DNA of 64,000 bases from Selaginella moellendorffii (Eukaryota > Plantae > Lycopodiophyta). The DNA lies in NCBI RefSeq assembly GCF_000143415.4, contig NW_003314295.1, forward strand, positions 1,107,054 to 1,171,053, given 5' to 3'. Position 1 is the stretch's first letter. Each line of letters starts with the position of its first letter. Positions 10,780 through 25,167 of the stretch are shown here, one piece after another. Below the pieces are notes generated by a model. That model did no database searches. It worked only from the letters and a program-made list of their open reading frames with translations, and was not told the DNA's origin. A program made the position numbers and the translations under genes.

Positions 10780-13700
10780 TAAGTGAGGAAGATCACAAAC
10801 ATTTTTTCATTTGAAGTATTTGTAAAAGTGATCTTTTAAGAAGTTCAAATTCAAGAACTTACACTTGGTATTAAAGAAAGTTTTGCATTCAACTCTTTTT
10901 GGTATTAGAGAAGGTTTTGCATTCGACTCTATTGATTAACTTAAGGGAATCATATTAAATGTTGATATTGATATATAGCAAATCTAATTTACCTTTAGCT
11001 AAGCTCAATCCAAAGGGTAGGGTATCAAGAGATTGGGGTTTTGGGGAGAGTTCCAGCTTTCAACTTCCATTCATGAAAATGTGAACTTGTAAAAAAATAT
11101 AGTGGATTGTAAGCAACTAAATAAAATGATTTAAGAAATTATCCATAAAGGTTAAAATATAGAAGGAAAGGATCTATAAATAAAAATGCAACCCTTTTCT
11201 AATTAGTTATAGGTCTTGGGATATTTAGGGTTAAGTGTCTTTGGGTTTAATAGTATTAGATTGGATGACCTTTAAATTTAAGAATTTAAAGTATCTATGT
11301 GGACTATTGAAGGGTTGATAACTTTACAAAAAGTTTAAAAAGCATTCCTTCATTTCTTTTTATCTTCCTTTTTATAGTTTTTAGCTTTAAAACCATCTTT
11401 TTGGCATAACAAACTACTATAATTACTTTGTCCAACTCTTTAAAGCCACCAATTAATGTGCCCTTTGGGTAAAAGGGTGACCATAAGTAAACATTTGAAA
11501 GATATATAAAAACAAGTGTTTTCTATTTTTAAGGTGTTTAACAAATTTTATACCAATGTTTAAGGAGCACTTAGCCCATTTATTTTAAAGGAGTTTTAGA
11601 TTATTTCATCAAATATAACATTATCTTCTTTATCACAAGTTTTTTACCTTATAGAATTTAAAATGTAGTTTAGAAAATTTATTACAATCCTCTATTTTTT
11701 TATTAGTTATAGCATAAGTGTTGTGATGCATTAAACTTTGTAAAGCTTTAATTAAACACAGCTTGCTAAAATAAATCTGCTATTAATTTCAATCTTTCTC
11801 AATCAAATATTTTCATTATATAAGAATTCAATGTCCAATACCATTGAAATTATGAATGGTGTATGAAATAAAATAGATTTTGCACATGTTTATAGTTATA
11901 GGAAAAAACCTCACACTATTAATTTTCTTAGGTATGGGTATCATAAAGAATGCAAAAAATATAATGAATAGAGGTAAGTGGTGCTAAAAAATTGCAAGAG
12001 CAAAATGAGGGTTTATCATGATTAAAAACAAACTAACGTCAAGAAAGCTAAGGTAACAATTAAGTACATGGCTTTCTTCTGAAGTTAATAAGGTCTGGAT
12101 GAAGTGTGCAGCAAGTGATAATGGTAATCAATCCTATTTACCAACAATATTAATTTTTGAATTAAACAATAATGTTGCATACTAGTGTTTTTTGTGAGCA
12201 AATACATAAGATAAGTAGAATGAAGGAATCTTGTCTTTAATACTAAGTTCTATGATGATTTTTTCATACAAGACTTCATTGAAGTTATATTCATGGTAAT
12301 AATGTTTTTTAATTATGGGAAAAACATCTTAATTATGGTGTTCAGTCTTTGTAATGCCAAGAAAGAGCAAATGATTATTCTTTATCAGTACATACAACAC
12401 ACTTTATTTTATCAATGGATAGGACTACATAGCAATATTGAGCATCTTCAAACCATATATGAATTAAAGGAAATTCTTGTTATCAATGTTATGTCCTTTA
12501 AAGCTATATGCATTTATAATTATGGATGGCATATATGGTGGGTGGCACTTATATGGGGATGCATCAAATAGCCAAAATGTACAATTTAGTAAATGATCAG
12601 TGGGATCTTTTACAATCATTGATATTATCAGTGAGATGAAGTTATTAACAACAACAACAACAAAATTGTTATAAAAATTAGTGGTTATTTTTAAAATTAA
12701 CACTTCTTTTATTAGTGCAAGATTTTTCTTGAAAAGAGATGAATATGATTATTGATTTCATGCATTCAAACCAAATTTACAAACTCAATATATATAGATT
12801 ATTGAAACATAAGCATAGCAATAACAAATGGATATAGCTTAATTTAGTAAATGCATTTTATGCAAATAACAACAAAATACTATTTCACTCAATAAAATAC
12901 TAAAAGTACATCTAGATAGTTCTAATGAATTACAAAATTGTGTCAATGATCTAAGATAATAGCACTAAAGCCAAAGTGTTAGATGTTTAAAATCTTGGTA
13001 TAGCTTTCATTGGCAATCTAATGACTTTTTATATGTATATCCTTTAAGGTTAATATAATTATAATAAGGCTTTTATTACTAAAATAGTTTTATATGAGAT
13101 ATAATCAAGAATATAATTTAAATAAAAACAAATAAACTTATCAGAATATGTATTCAAATATGCTGGTATAGAGAAGGCTCAGTTTAATTTTAGAAAATCT
13201 TATAAAATCTAGTATTGATCTCATTTAGCTGATTCAAATGTAATAGCAAAATAATTAATTATAATTATAAAAATAGTTTGTGGTATTTTCTCATTACTTG
13301 AATGAGTTTTGTAAGTTTTTCAAAGTGACACTAAATTGCTCTTCTCAACTATATCCTTAACAAACTTTTTCATTTGAGTATATATATTTTGTATATGTTG
13401 CAATTCCATTTGCAATTCCAATGCCCCCTCACTTGTGCATCAAAACTATTATCTCAATGTTAACATCAATTTATTGTGCATTGTTTAGTGAAGAAGTGAA
13501 CTTAAAATAATCAAAACAATTGACCTTTCTGTTTGAATCTAATTATATAAGATTGTTCTCATTTCTAAGATTATAGCCAATTTTGATTTTAACATTAAAT
13601 CTTTACTAAAAAGATTAGCACATTTCAATATTTCTGTCAATTTCATCACACTAATCTTAAACACATGTCTTGTATTAACACAACACATCCAAATCAATAA

Positions 13701-16433
13701 CTTAATAAACCTTGATGTTCTTTAACTTGTAACTAGTGAATTTATTTCTCATATCTATCCTGCATGATTTGATAGTAAATTATGTTTATACTTAGAGAGT
13801 TAGTTATATTTTGAAGTTTTTATTTCAATCATGTGTTAGAATTGCTCAAGCCAATATCCATTAAGAAATATAACTTCTTTATCTTTATACTTGTTTTTCA
13901 ATTGTTCATTTTGTAAGTATATTGAATATAGAGAATCTAAAGACTTAAAATGTCAAATGAATAACAAAAACCTCTAGCAAAATTAATATATCATAAATAT
14001 CAACTTTGTACTCTCTTCAATTTTCTAAGTAATAATAACTTTAGAAATTTACTTATATGTTTTACTTTCTTATATCAAAGAGCATCTAACAAAATAAATT
14101 TATTTTCTTTCTCTCAATAGGTGGTTTTTGAATTTGAAAAAGTTTTAAGCAAGAACAACTTTTTATTCCTCCTCTCTTCTTTTGAAAAATTCTTTTTCGG
14201 TGTTTGAATTTTGATTTCTCTTAAATGGCTAAGAGTTTTTTTATTTCTCTGATAAACAACAAGTAGGAGTGGAGCTTCAAATCCTCCTACAACAACACAA
14301 TAAAATTAGAGTCCTTTCTCACCCTAATTACAACCAAATTTTGGTGTGATAATTAGGGTTTTGCAAGCTTAGAAGATCTAAAATGGAATAAAGGGCTAAT
14401 GGTATCAGCATTAAAACTTTCTTGTACTCTCTTTCTTCCTCTCTTTTTTAAATAGTTAGGAATTTTCATATAGAGCCTTCAAAAGCACAAATCAAGGTTT
14501 AGCTTGGAGCTAAGGTTAGAGTTCTTGATTCTTTAAATGGTAGTGGGGTGATGGATGGATCTAGATTTTAGTTATCTTAATAACCATGGATCTTTATAAT
14601 TTATGGTTTTAAATAGCAACTAACTAATGAAAACACATGGAAATTAGTCTTATAGTCTCAAAAGTGGAATTACCTACCTTTATGGTGGCTAAGTATAGGG
14701 GCTATAGAGTAGAAGGGTGGCTGAGCAAGTGTGTGAGTGAGCAAGGGAGTGAGATAGAATTTCTCCTTCTGGGTTGGGGGTTAGCTCTTTCAAAATCTAA
14801 TAATAAAGACATAATAAAACCATAAATAGTCTTCTTATTATTCCATAATGTGTCACTTCATTTAGTATCATGCAAGAACATTTCTATCCTAAAACATTCC
14901 TAGGACCCTAAGTTGATTTTTGGATTAGGTAGATATTTATTTATTTATGATATGGACCTAGAAAAATATTACAAAAGCTAAATACCCATTTAATCATCTT
15001 TTATGATTTAACCATATATAGAAATGTGTGAACTATTGAGATTTTGTTGTTTTTTATTGCTTTTATAATCTAGCTAACTTTTCTTTAAGAAGCTCTAAAG
15101 TTGTATAAATTTAATGGTGAAAACTTCACTTTACCTCCCATTAAATAGTTATATCTCCTTTTACTTAAAATTTAGCAAATTTAACCTTCTGAAATCTTGG
15201 TTTTTAAAGTAGTTGTTAAATAATAATAAGATAAATTAAGGATATGTTTTGCACTTGGTTATTGCCCATGGTTAGGTCAAGTTATGCAGATGTTTAGATT
15301 CACAAAAAAAAGTAAAAGAATACTATTAGGTGTCTAATATATTATTACTTCATGGGATTGTTAGTTTTACCTTTGATTCATAAGTGGGATTTCCCTTTCT
15401 ATAGAAGAAATATAAAATCACTTTCTTGTTTGATGCAATTTGAGCCTTTCAAGCTTATTAAACCTCATCCAACCAATAGTATTAATTTTCTATAAATCAC
15501 AAGAAGCTTTCTTCATAATTTTTTATTTTGTATAAGATGCACAAAATTGCTACAATATCATGTAAAATATATATATAATTTTTTATTTTTTAAAAAAATA
15601 GACTATGAGAAAAATAATCCAAAGGTTGTAAAGGCTTATAGTGATATTTAAATTAATAAATTATTTTTAAAATAATTATTTATTTTAGTTAATTAAATTA
15701 TATTGAAGTTAAAAATTTTTTTCAATAAGGGTCTATAATGTTTTAGCTAGTTGGTTGTATTAAATTTTAAAGTTTCTATATTGTTGATATTTTAAAAATA
15801 ATTTATAATAAAGTAAATAAAAATTATTTCAAATTTGAATGGTATGGCAACACCGAAATACTTAAAGTTTTTATTTTTATTAGCATAAAAAAACTCATTT
15901 ATTAAAATATCTAAAGCTCAAAAATTTTAATCTTTTAAGTTTAACTTTTATATAATATTTATAAATATAAATATAAATATTTTTAATAATATATATATTC
16001 AAATTAAAATATGTATATATACTGCATGAGTAATAAAAATATTATAGTTAAAAATAAAAACTAAAAATAAACATATTTTTAGTTTATCTTATCTGATAGG
16101 AAATTTTTGTTTAGCATAATGATAATTCTCATGATTTTTGCCCTGGCTATTATGGGCATATATGGCAGTCATGGCCGTGCAAGCGCTTTCGTCAACAATA
16201 TAAAACACATTCTAATTAACATTTGTTAAAGAAAATCGCAACCGTTAATGCTTTTGCCGAGATCGACGGTTTATGTGATTGACAATCTCCGCCGTTGGTT
16301 AGGTTTTTGGTATCGACGGCATTTGCCTTTGCTAGGGTTTTGGAACGCGTCATACACAACACGGTGGATCAGGTGAGAGATCACAGGGCATGATTCATCC
16401 GGCATAGAGAGGAGGGGAGAGCTCACAGGAGCC

Positions 16434-19404
16434 ATGGCAGCCGCGAGCATCAATGTGATGCTGGCAATTCACGCGAAGAAGACGACGCCAGTGGATCTCC
16501 ACAAGCCGCTCCGGCTCTACATTTCGCAGCACTACTCAGAGCGCGAGGCCCGCGAGGCCGACGACGATCTCCAATCGGTCCAGGAAATGCGGTCAGAGAT
16601 CGAGAAGGCCACGGACTCCCTCGATTCGCGACGCGATCTCTTGCAACGCTACTTCCGGGCTCTCTGCGTGATGGAATCTAGGTTTCCAATCTCCAGCGAG
16701 CGGGAGCACGTCAATTCCCTCTCCTTCACCTGGTATGACGCCTTCAAGCAGGGAAGAAAGGCGAGCCAGCAAAACATCCACTTTGAGAAGGCGGCCATAG
16801 CTTTCAACCTTGGGGCCGTGTATAGCCAGATCGCTCTCTCGGCCGATCGATCGCTCCCAGAGGGCCTCAAGCAGGCTTGCAACTCCTTCCAAGCTGCGGC
16901 TGGAGCTTTCGCCTTCCTCCGCGACAACGTCTCCATGAAAGCTTCCGGAAACTCCACCACCACCGACATATCGGTGGAGTGCGCGGGGATGCTGGAGAGG
17001 TTGATGCTGGCACAGGCACAAGAGTGTTTTTTCGAGAAGGTGGTGAGCGACAACCGGCCGTCGGCTCTGTGCGCCAAGGTTGCCAGGCAAGTTGGCTTGT
17101 TCTACGACGAAGCTCACGCGGCGCTGGTGCTTCCTCCGCTCAGCCAGCACTTTGATCGGAGCTGGGTGTCGCACGTCCAGCTCAAGGCGGCGCAGTTTCA
17201 AGCGGAGGCGTGCTACAGAGTTTCTCTCGAGCTCCACGAGAAGGAGAACATCGCCGAGGAGATTGCGAGGCTCAAGGCTGCCAGCAGCATGCTCACCGAG
17301 GCGAAGAAGTCTGGCAGGGGTGTGATCGGGCCGCTTCTGGATGCTGTGACGAAGCTGGATGGGAGTGTGTCGCGGAACTTGGAGAGAGCAGTGAAGGAGA
17401 ACGACAGGGTTTATCTTATGAGAGTTCCGAATCCGGACTCGCTACCTCCGCTTCCGTCCGCGGTTCTGGTAAAGTCGGCAGCGGTTGCCGAGCTTTTGGA
17501 TGCCAGTAAGGAGAAGATGTTCTCCAACCTTGTGCCCGACAGCAGCGCAAAGGCATTGTCGAAGTACACCGAGATGCTGGACGAGATCATTCGTGTCCAG
17601 GCAGAGAAGTTGCAGCAGGAGAGCGAGATCACCAGGGTGAAGCTAAAGGAGATGAACTTACCGGATTCTTTACTGGCTTTAGAGGGCAATGCTAGCTTGC
17701 CGGAGCATCTGAGAGACGACGTAGAGGCTGTACAGATTGATGGCGGTCCAGCGGGACTGGAATCGGAGATGGCACAGCTGCGGGATTTGCGACGAGTTAA
17801 CGAAGAGCTGCTGGTTCAAACCGAGGAACTGCTGGAGAAGGAGTCTAGGGAGGATTCACAGATTCGTGCTCAGTTTGGAACGAGGTGGACGCGTCCTCAG
17901 TCGAGTACTCTGACGAAAAATTTGCACGACCGGGCAAATGGATTTGCGGCAAATTTAAAACAAGCTGGCGAAAGTGATCGTCGTATTGAACGCGCAATCA
18001 AGGATAATACCGCGTTTCTTTCTATTCTGGACGCGAGACCAGTACGTACTTTGTTTGCATGTCTCGTGGTACTAAATTGTTGTTGACAGATCGAATCGGC
18101 TTTGCCTTCTCTTGCAAGGCCAATTTTATCTCTGAATGGCAACGAGGACGCTGTCGTTGGTGCTCTGAGGCAGAAACTGGTAACATTTTTTACGTTTCTA
18201 GCTTGGACTCATTCTGATTTTTTATTGTACAGTCTGAGTTGGATAGGCTCGGTCTCCAACGTGCTAGTCTCGAAGATATGCTTAAAGATATGAAGAGACA
18301 GGTACTTAACATTTAGTTTTCATGGAAAGCTTCTGATAATCGTATGTCCAGGACAACATCTTACCAAAACTCATGACTACCTCTGGCTCTTACGAAGATT
18401 TGTTCAAAAGGGAGCTTGCTAAGTATGAACCTGTGTCAATTGAAGTTGCTAGGAATGTACAGGCACAGGAGCAACTACTGCACGAAATAGAGGTCAGTTT
18501 CAAAGCTTTGTTTTTGGCTACAAATTCATGTTTTTTTACTTGACAGGCTCATAACAATGCATTCGCGGCAACGTTCAACTTGCAAGACTATGTCGGTACG
18601 TAGCTATATTGAGTTTCTATCCTGTACCTTCGCTATTCGATGCAGTGGCGCGAGAGCGAGCATACAAGCAACTCAGTGCGGCGATCGCAAAGTACCGAGA
18701 GATCAGAGAGAACATAAACGAAGGCCTCAAATTCTACGTGACGCTCCAGGTAAGAAGCTCAAGTCTGCAAGTAGAAACCAAAACGCTCTCGTTTTTTTTA
18801 TCCACAGGACGCCATCACAAACCTGAAGCAGCAATGCAGCGACTACGTGATGACGCGCAACATCCAGTCCCGCGAGATGATGGAGGATCTCCAGCGCCAA
18901 ATCACAGGTTTATCCTTCAACGATACTGGGCCGAGTCGCACGTACCCGCCAGTCACTCCCCATCAATCCCAAGCTCCCCAGTCCCAGTCCTCCTCGCATC
19001 AAACTTATCAGCACCCACCACCATACAGTTCTTCCAACCATTCTCCATCTCCTCCTCAGCACTCCCCTCCTCCTCAACACTCTCCACAGCAAAACTCTCC
19101 TTACTATCCTCCCAATATGCCGCCACCTCCATACTACTCCCAGTCCCAGCATCAGCAAGCTCAAACTCAAGCTCCTCCATCGCAAGCTCCTCCACACCGC
19201 CAGCAGCAATCTCCTCCTCCTCCACAGCATGTTTACGGCCAGCCTGCTTATCCCGGATGGCAGGGAACTTACTACAACAATGCCGCTCCTCCTCCTCCTC
19301 CTCCTCAATCTTCTTCCACTCCTCCTCCATCGAGCTCGCATAGTCATTTTGCTGGACCTTACGCTCCAGGCCCTGGTTATTATTCTTCTTACTACAAGCA
19401 ATAG
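16434..19404 (+). CDS. BRO1: Vacuolar-sorting protein BRO1/ALIX (BRO1 domain, V domain, Pro-rich tail); multi-exon
   Basis: Motifs FTWYDAF, FEKAAIAFNLGA, LMLAQAQECF, NDRVYL, EGLKFYVTLQ and a Pro/Gln-rich C-terminus; short GT-AG introns (first 18042-18089). Confidence 0.93.
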
Positions 19405-20227
19405 GAGGTACCATTATCTGTGTACAGAGGTTTGCATTTGTAGAGTTTTTTCTTTTTTTTCTTTGTTCTTTCTCCCTGTTTGTGTGATTTCTTTTTACGT
19501 AGCAATGCATCTAAGAGCTTGTGAGACGCTTGTTTCAACTTGGTTTTTGGGTGTAGGCACTTGGTGGAAATCGTTCTGGAGCAAATAAGTGACGATTTTT
19601 TGTGGATGGATGGAATCCATTAAGCTTGGAATTGATATGCCATTATTTCAAGACAACGCAATGTTTGGGTGGTGATTATTTCAAGACAAGGATGTCGTCT
19701 TGTGATTATTTCACGTCACTGCTCAATGTGTTTGAAAATGTAGTAAAATAATAAAAAGCGTCTGGTAGCCGAAAAGATTCTATCTTGCGTTTGCTAAAAA
19801 TTAACACACAGCGAGTTTAAAACAAACGCGATTTGGCCTGGACGGCCGCGATGCCATCATCTGGACACGTGGACAGCCATGTCGCCGCTGGAAATACAGG
19901 GAGCACGGCGCTGAGGAAGGGTCCACACGGCCGTGGGTTCTCTCTTCCTCCTTTTCCTTACTTCCCTCCCCTCTTTCGGTCGCTCTCCGTCTCGCCGTGT
20001 GGATTCACCCATTCATTGCTCCTTCCAGTCGCCGCCATCGCTGATCGTTGACATCGTAGATCCGGCAAAGGACTCGCTCGATCGAATGATATTCCTGCGA
20101 TTACCGGGAGCTCCAGGGATCCCCGCGGCGTAGATCTGCATTGCAGCGACTGGCTGGATCGATCTAGGCCAGGACGCGAGCTCCATTCCAGGGCGATCCA
20201 TAATCTGACCAGGCAAGGGTTTTAGGA

Positions 20228-21966
20228 ATGAAAGGGAGGGCGAGCTCCTCCTTCAGCGTTTCCGGGAAATGGATGCTCGTCCTGTGCGTCGGGAGCTTCT
20301 GCGTGGGGATGCTCTTCACAAACAGGTAAGTCCGCCGCCTCTCAAAATCCAGAGCTTCGAAATGGATGTTTTCGTGGCTCTAGAATGTGGAATTCTCCCG
20401 AGGATCTCGATGTGACCAGGCCGCAAACGTCACAGCGCCTCCAGATTGTCTCGGAAGATCACTGCGATCCAAAACCTGTAAGTCTCCATCCATCTCTTCA
20501 CTGTAGCTAAAAGTTATATTTCCAGAAGCCTGTGAACAGCGAAGAATCTCCAAGGGAGATTTTAAATCAAGTATCAAAAACTCATGACGCTGTCTGGTAA
20601 AGTTCTTCTTCAACTATAATTCTAGGCCTAATGGTCTCTTTTCTTTCTATTTGTAAACTACAGGAACTTGGATAAAACTATGTCAGCGTTAGAAATGGAG
20701 CTAGCTGCTGCTCGAGCTTTAACTCAGCAATCCACGAGCTCTCCCGGCCTTGGAGCCCCGACGGGAGATTCAACTTCTGAGAATCATCAGAGACAAAAGG
20801 CCTTCGTGGTGATCGGCATAAACACGGCTTTCAGCAGCCGGAAGCGTCGTGACTCTGTTAGAGAAACATGGATGCCACAGGGTGAGTCCCGCACTTTTTT
20901 TCTTCTTTTGAGTTTTTTATTTGCTCATGTATCACTTGTTTCACTTTTCAGGCGAGGCTCTCAAGAGGCTAGAAGAAAAGGGAATTATTGTAAGATTTGT
21001 GATAGGTCATAGTGCTACTCCAGGCGGGATATTAGATCAGGCAATCGACTCGGAAGAAGCTCAGCATGGAGATTTTCTAAGACTGGTAAGTTCCTTTTTT
21101 TAATCTAAACATGGAGTCACAACTTGTTGTGCAGGATCACGTCGAAGGCTATCTCGAGCTTTCTGCGAAGACTAAAATTTATTTCTCGACTGCTGTCGCT
21201 AAATGGGACGCTGAGTATTACGTCAAAGTAGACGATGACGTACATGTGAACATAGGTATTGTGATCTTCAGTATTTGATCGTTCGCTGCTTATGTTCTAT
21301 GCTTTCCAGGTATGCTTGTGACAACGTTGGCTCGCCTAAAATCCAAGCCACGAGTTTATATCGGGTGTATGAAATCAGGACCGGTTTTGGCGCAGAAGTA
21401 AGCCATAAAGTTTTCCTTTTTGTGTGGTCAGACACTAATAACGCTTGTGCGTTTCACAGGGGAGTGAAGTATCACGAGCCGGAATATTGGAAGTTTGGAG
21501 AAGATGGCAATAGGTACTTTCGTCACGCAACTGGTCAGCTATATGCGATTTCCAAGGATCTGGCGACATATATCTCCATTAACCAGTATGTTTGGATGCA
21601 AGCTTTGGATTCAATCTTCTATTTGTTTCCTGATTTTCTCTTCTTTTGCAGGCATATTTTGCATCAGTATGCAAACGAGGACGTATCTCTAGGAGCTTGG
21701 TTCATTGGACTGGACGTGAATCACATCGACGAGCGTAGCTTTTGCTGTGGAACACCTCCAGGTAAGAGAGAAGAAGCTTTTTCTTGTGCCGAGAGATCAA
21801 GACCTTTGGTTTTTTAGATTGCGAGTGGCAAGCCGAGGCAGGCAACGTGTGTGTAGCCTCGTTCGATTGGCCTTGCAGCGGCATTTGCAAATCCGTGGAG
21901 AGAATGAAGACAGTTCACAAGCGATGCGGGGAGGGCAATGGTGCGATCTGGAGCGCAAAGTTTTGA
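20228..21966 (+). CDS. Beta-1,3-galactosyltransferase (GT31, DUF4094 + Galactosyl_T); multi-exon
   Basis: N-terminal TM segment ...[67 protein letters not shown]. Confidence 0.93.
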
Positions 21967-22196
21967 TTGCGTTTTACATCCGGGGTTTTGCAAAGTTTTG
22001 TCGCAGGAAGATAGAATTGATAGGGAGGAGGAGGAAACAGCTAACACAAACCAATTCTTTTGTGCGTTCTTGTTGTAATATAATTCTGTTGTATTCATTT
22101 ACAAGCCCCGGTAAACAGTTGAACGTCTACTGCCGGAAGATCTTACGTATGTTTAACGCTTATTGTTTGATGTCAATTGACACTCTCAGCAGCTCG

Positions 22197-22270
22197 AGTT
22201 CTGTAGCTCAATTGGTCAGAGCGTTGGTCTTATGAGCCGAAGGTCGCGGGTTCGACCCCCGCCAGAACTA
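22197..22270 (+). tRNA. tRNA-Ile(UAU), intronless
   Basis: Cloverleaf: acceptor AGTTCTG/CAGAACT, A box TAGCTCAATTGG, anticodon loop CT-TAT-GA, T arm GCGGG-TTCGACC-CCCGC. Confidence 0.92.
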
Positions 22271-22334
22271 TCTCTTTGCATTGCTCTATTAGGGAAATGA
22301 TTCTTTTTTTTTTTTTCTATAGGGTTTTAGGGCA

Positions 22335-22763
22335 ATGACGCAGAAGGGCGAGCTCTTCAAGGGGCAGAAGAAGAAGGCCGCGGCGGCAAATCGCCATGGC
22401 AAGGCTCCTCACGTCCGCAAAGGTGAGTCCCATCGATCGATCGCTGCATTTCCGGATACTGAATTGGAAATTTCTCTTAGGCAAGATGTTTAAGGAGCCA
22501 AAGAAAAAGAGCGCGGAGCTAGAGATAAACAAGGTACAAATCACGCGTTTTTTGCTTCCCTGGGTTCTTGCTCACGATCTTTGTTGTCTCGAATTTTCTT
22601 TTGTTTCCAGGAGCTCGCGAAGTTCATTGACCAGGCGAATGAAGCAAAGGCAGCTGCTATGGCAACAAATGAAGGCTCACGACTGAGAGTTGTCAAATCC
22701 AGCGATGACACTTCACCCGCAAAGCCGATCAAAGTCCACAAGAACAAGAAGAAGAACAGCTAG
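22335..22763 (+). CDS. Small basic protein, DUF2462/UPF0390 (C19orf53-like); 3 exons (22335-22422, 22481-22533, 22611-22763)
   Basis: Spliced product MTQKGELFKGQKKK...RHGKAPHVRKGK...ELAKFIDQANEAKAA; GT-AG junctions; telo-box-like TAGGGTTT upstream. Confidence 0.75.
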
Positions 22764-23365
22764 TCACGGGCTGTCTAAACGGAGGAGATCATGCGGTGAG
22801 CGAGAGATTTTTCTTGTTTCCTTAGTTTTGCACGAGGGACTGCTGGTAGTTAATTATTTTTCTTTTACCATGCAAGGCAGGATTTTTTTTCACCTTTTTT
22901 TTTTCCTAAGCAAGACTTTGTCATGAAGTTCTCATGTGCTCCTTAGGTACCTACAGTACTTCGACCGTGTTGCGATTTTCTTGGGTCAAGGCTCTCAAAA
23001 AGAATTCCCTTGCGATAGGTGTGGTGGTTCGTGGGCCGATAGAACAGCACAGGTTGGCACAGATTTATCGTAACCAACAGTAGCAGGCTGCGAGGTGGTC
23101 CGGGGAAAAAAAAGGAACAAAATTCCTGATATTCCGACGGGATGGAAGGCACAGGGACGATCATGGCCTGAGCAGCAGAGTATCGTCTACATTTACCAAA
23201 AAGTCATAGCGCTCGCACAGATCGATAGATTCAAAGTTCCTGGTGATGAGGCCGTCGCAGGAAAAAAAAAAACAAAAGACGTAACAGATAGGGAAACAAG
23301 ACAAGGAAGAAGTTGATCCGTTTCAACTAGTTTGGTCGTCGAGTTTGGTGCTGTGATGACACCAT

Positions 23366-23969
23366 TCACGAGTAAGCAACAGTCTGGTGGTGGTGGTGAT
23401 GCTGGTGGTGATGGTACTGCTGTTGCTGCTGCTGGTGATTCCGGTGGCGATGGTGGTGGGGAGAGGACCAAAGAGATGGCAGCGGGAAAAAGAGACTGAG
23501 CAGTGCTCGCTTGTAAGGGAGATAGGACGAGCCGTGCTTCCTGCTGTGCTCGTCCTTGATACGCTGCTGGTAGCGGTCCATGACCGTCACCATTGAGTCG
23601 GACGTCGCCACCACGGAAGAGGACGCCGCGAACGAGACGGATGATTTCCTTCCGCTGCTGCTAGACCGCTGCTGGTTGACCCTGGGAGCACCACTGCTGC
23701 TACCGCCGGTTTGATCCACTCGGACTACGTAAGAGGCAGCTCCCACGCTCTTGGACTTCGTGAGGTTTACTTCGTAATTGCTGCTGCTGGAGGTCCGGAG
23801 AGCTGAGCTCTTGCTGCGAGGGATGGAGCTTTTGAGCGGTGATGGCTCGTTGCATGATCTTCGCCGGGAGCTACTGTTTGACGAAGAGGAGGGGATGAGA
23901 TGATCGAGCGTCGGCTTCTTTCCTCCGCAAACTGCCAGGATGAGCAGCGATTCTTTGCCGTGGAGGTGC

Positions 23970-24004
<35 letters not shown>

Positions 24005-24508
24005 GGATTTGGACTTTTCGAGCAGCCGCTGCCTGGATTTCCTCAAGAGACTGAGCGATTCTTCACGACTCTGCCGGGAGGCATCGAAATTCATGAGCTC
24101 TGCCAGAGTTTGCTTCTTCTTCTTCGGCTTGTTTGACGTGGTGGCGGCGCTCCTCAGGCGGTGATTGCTGCTGCTGCTCTCGGCCTCCTCGGACGAGAAG
24201 AGATCGTCGCTAGAGCTATCCGGCTGGAAATCGTGGTCGCCATCGTCCTCTACCTCTTGGATCTCTTGCGGGCGAACGAGATACGACGTTGGTGACAGCG
24301 GCTCCTCGACCGGGCTGCAAAATCCATCGCCAAAGTCAATGTTCTCCCCCGCCATGATCGATCGATCTTCGTGGAACGACAAAGGAGACATCGTGAAGAA
24401 CGGAGGAAGAAGTAAATTAGTGTCGGTCTTGGAGAGAAGTTCCTCGTGGCGATTAAACTGGAAAGAATTTGGAGAGAGAAGAGAGGAAGAAGACGATGAA
24501 GAACTCAT
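23366..24508 (-). CDS. Low-complexity Ser/Gln/His-rich protein, possibly DUF1645-like
   Basis: 380-aa ORF with polyQ/polyS tracts; the C-terminal SYLPYKRALL resembles the DUF1645 ending (recalled, not searched). Confidence 0.6.
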
Positions 24509-25167
24509 GGTTGTAAGACTTCATGGACGAAGAATCCTGGACTTTAAGTAGAAAACCTTGTCTTTGCCGTGTGGGATTGAGAGATTGATCGAACGACTGG
24601 CGCTTGTAAGCTATCTATCAGACCGTCAATCCGTGTCAATCAAGTCCCCTCGAAGAAGAAATAGCGTAATTGTCTTTGTAGGCCAGGAAGAACACCCCCA
24701 CTCACACAATTAAGGCTTTGAAAGTGCTATGCGCACACGCCGCCATAGCTGCTCGTACAAACCATCGCTGCACGGAACCGATCAATGCATTGGGAGTCGC
24801 TCAAATTCGATGGTGGTACCGAATTTACAAATCTTATCTCTCTCCACTCACTGCTAATCCCTCTTGCTCGCTTCTGGATCGATTGAAATGTGGTACCTTC
24901 CTCTCCCTTTTGGGGTCTCTCTCTCGTTTTCCTTGACGCTGTCAAACACACACAGGCTTTGTTCGCTCGCCTCTCTCTCTGGGTAGGCACAAAGATTGCG
25001 TCACCAAGGTCGATGAACAAGGCGAGATCTAGCCGTCCACGTGAATGGCGCCTGGACCGTTTGATTCGAGACCGTTGAAGCGACCACACTGAGCAGCGTT
25101 TATAGCTGGTAATTATTTTTACCGCGCACTATGGGATAAACCCTAAAATATTTTCTCTAGGTCGGGG

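Noticed and set aside
10865-10930. Two-unit ~34-bp tandem repeat starting TGGTATTA(A/G)AG; also TGGTATCAG at ~14400
   Set aside because: PBS-like, but no associated LTR or internal domain is identifiable; only two units, so not an array.
12000-16100. Further decayed TE ORFs or MITEs in the AT-rich block
   Set aside because: No TIR/TSD pair or diagnostic protein motif was visible by eye.
16593-19510. Long antisense ORFs over BRO1 (and similar shadow ORFs over other genes)
   Set aside because: Explained by GC-rich codon usage and low complexity of the sense gene.
19641-19714. Three short ATTATTTCA direct repeats
   Set aside because: Too short and irregular to assign a function; not a CRISPR array (eukaryotic context).
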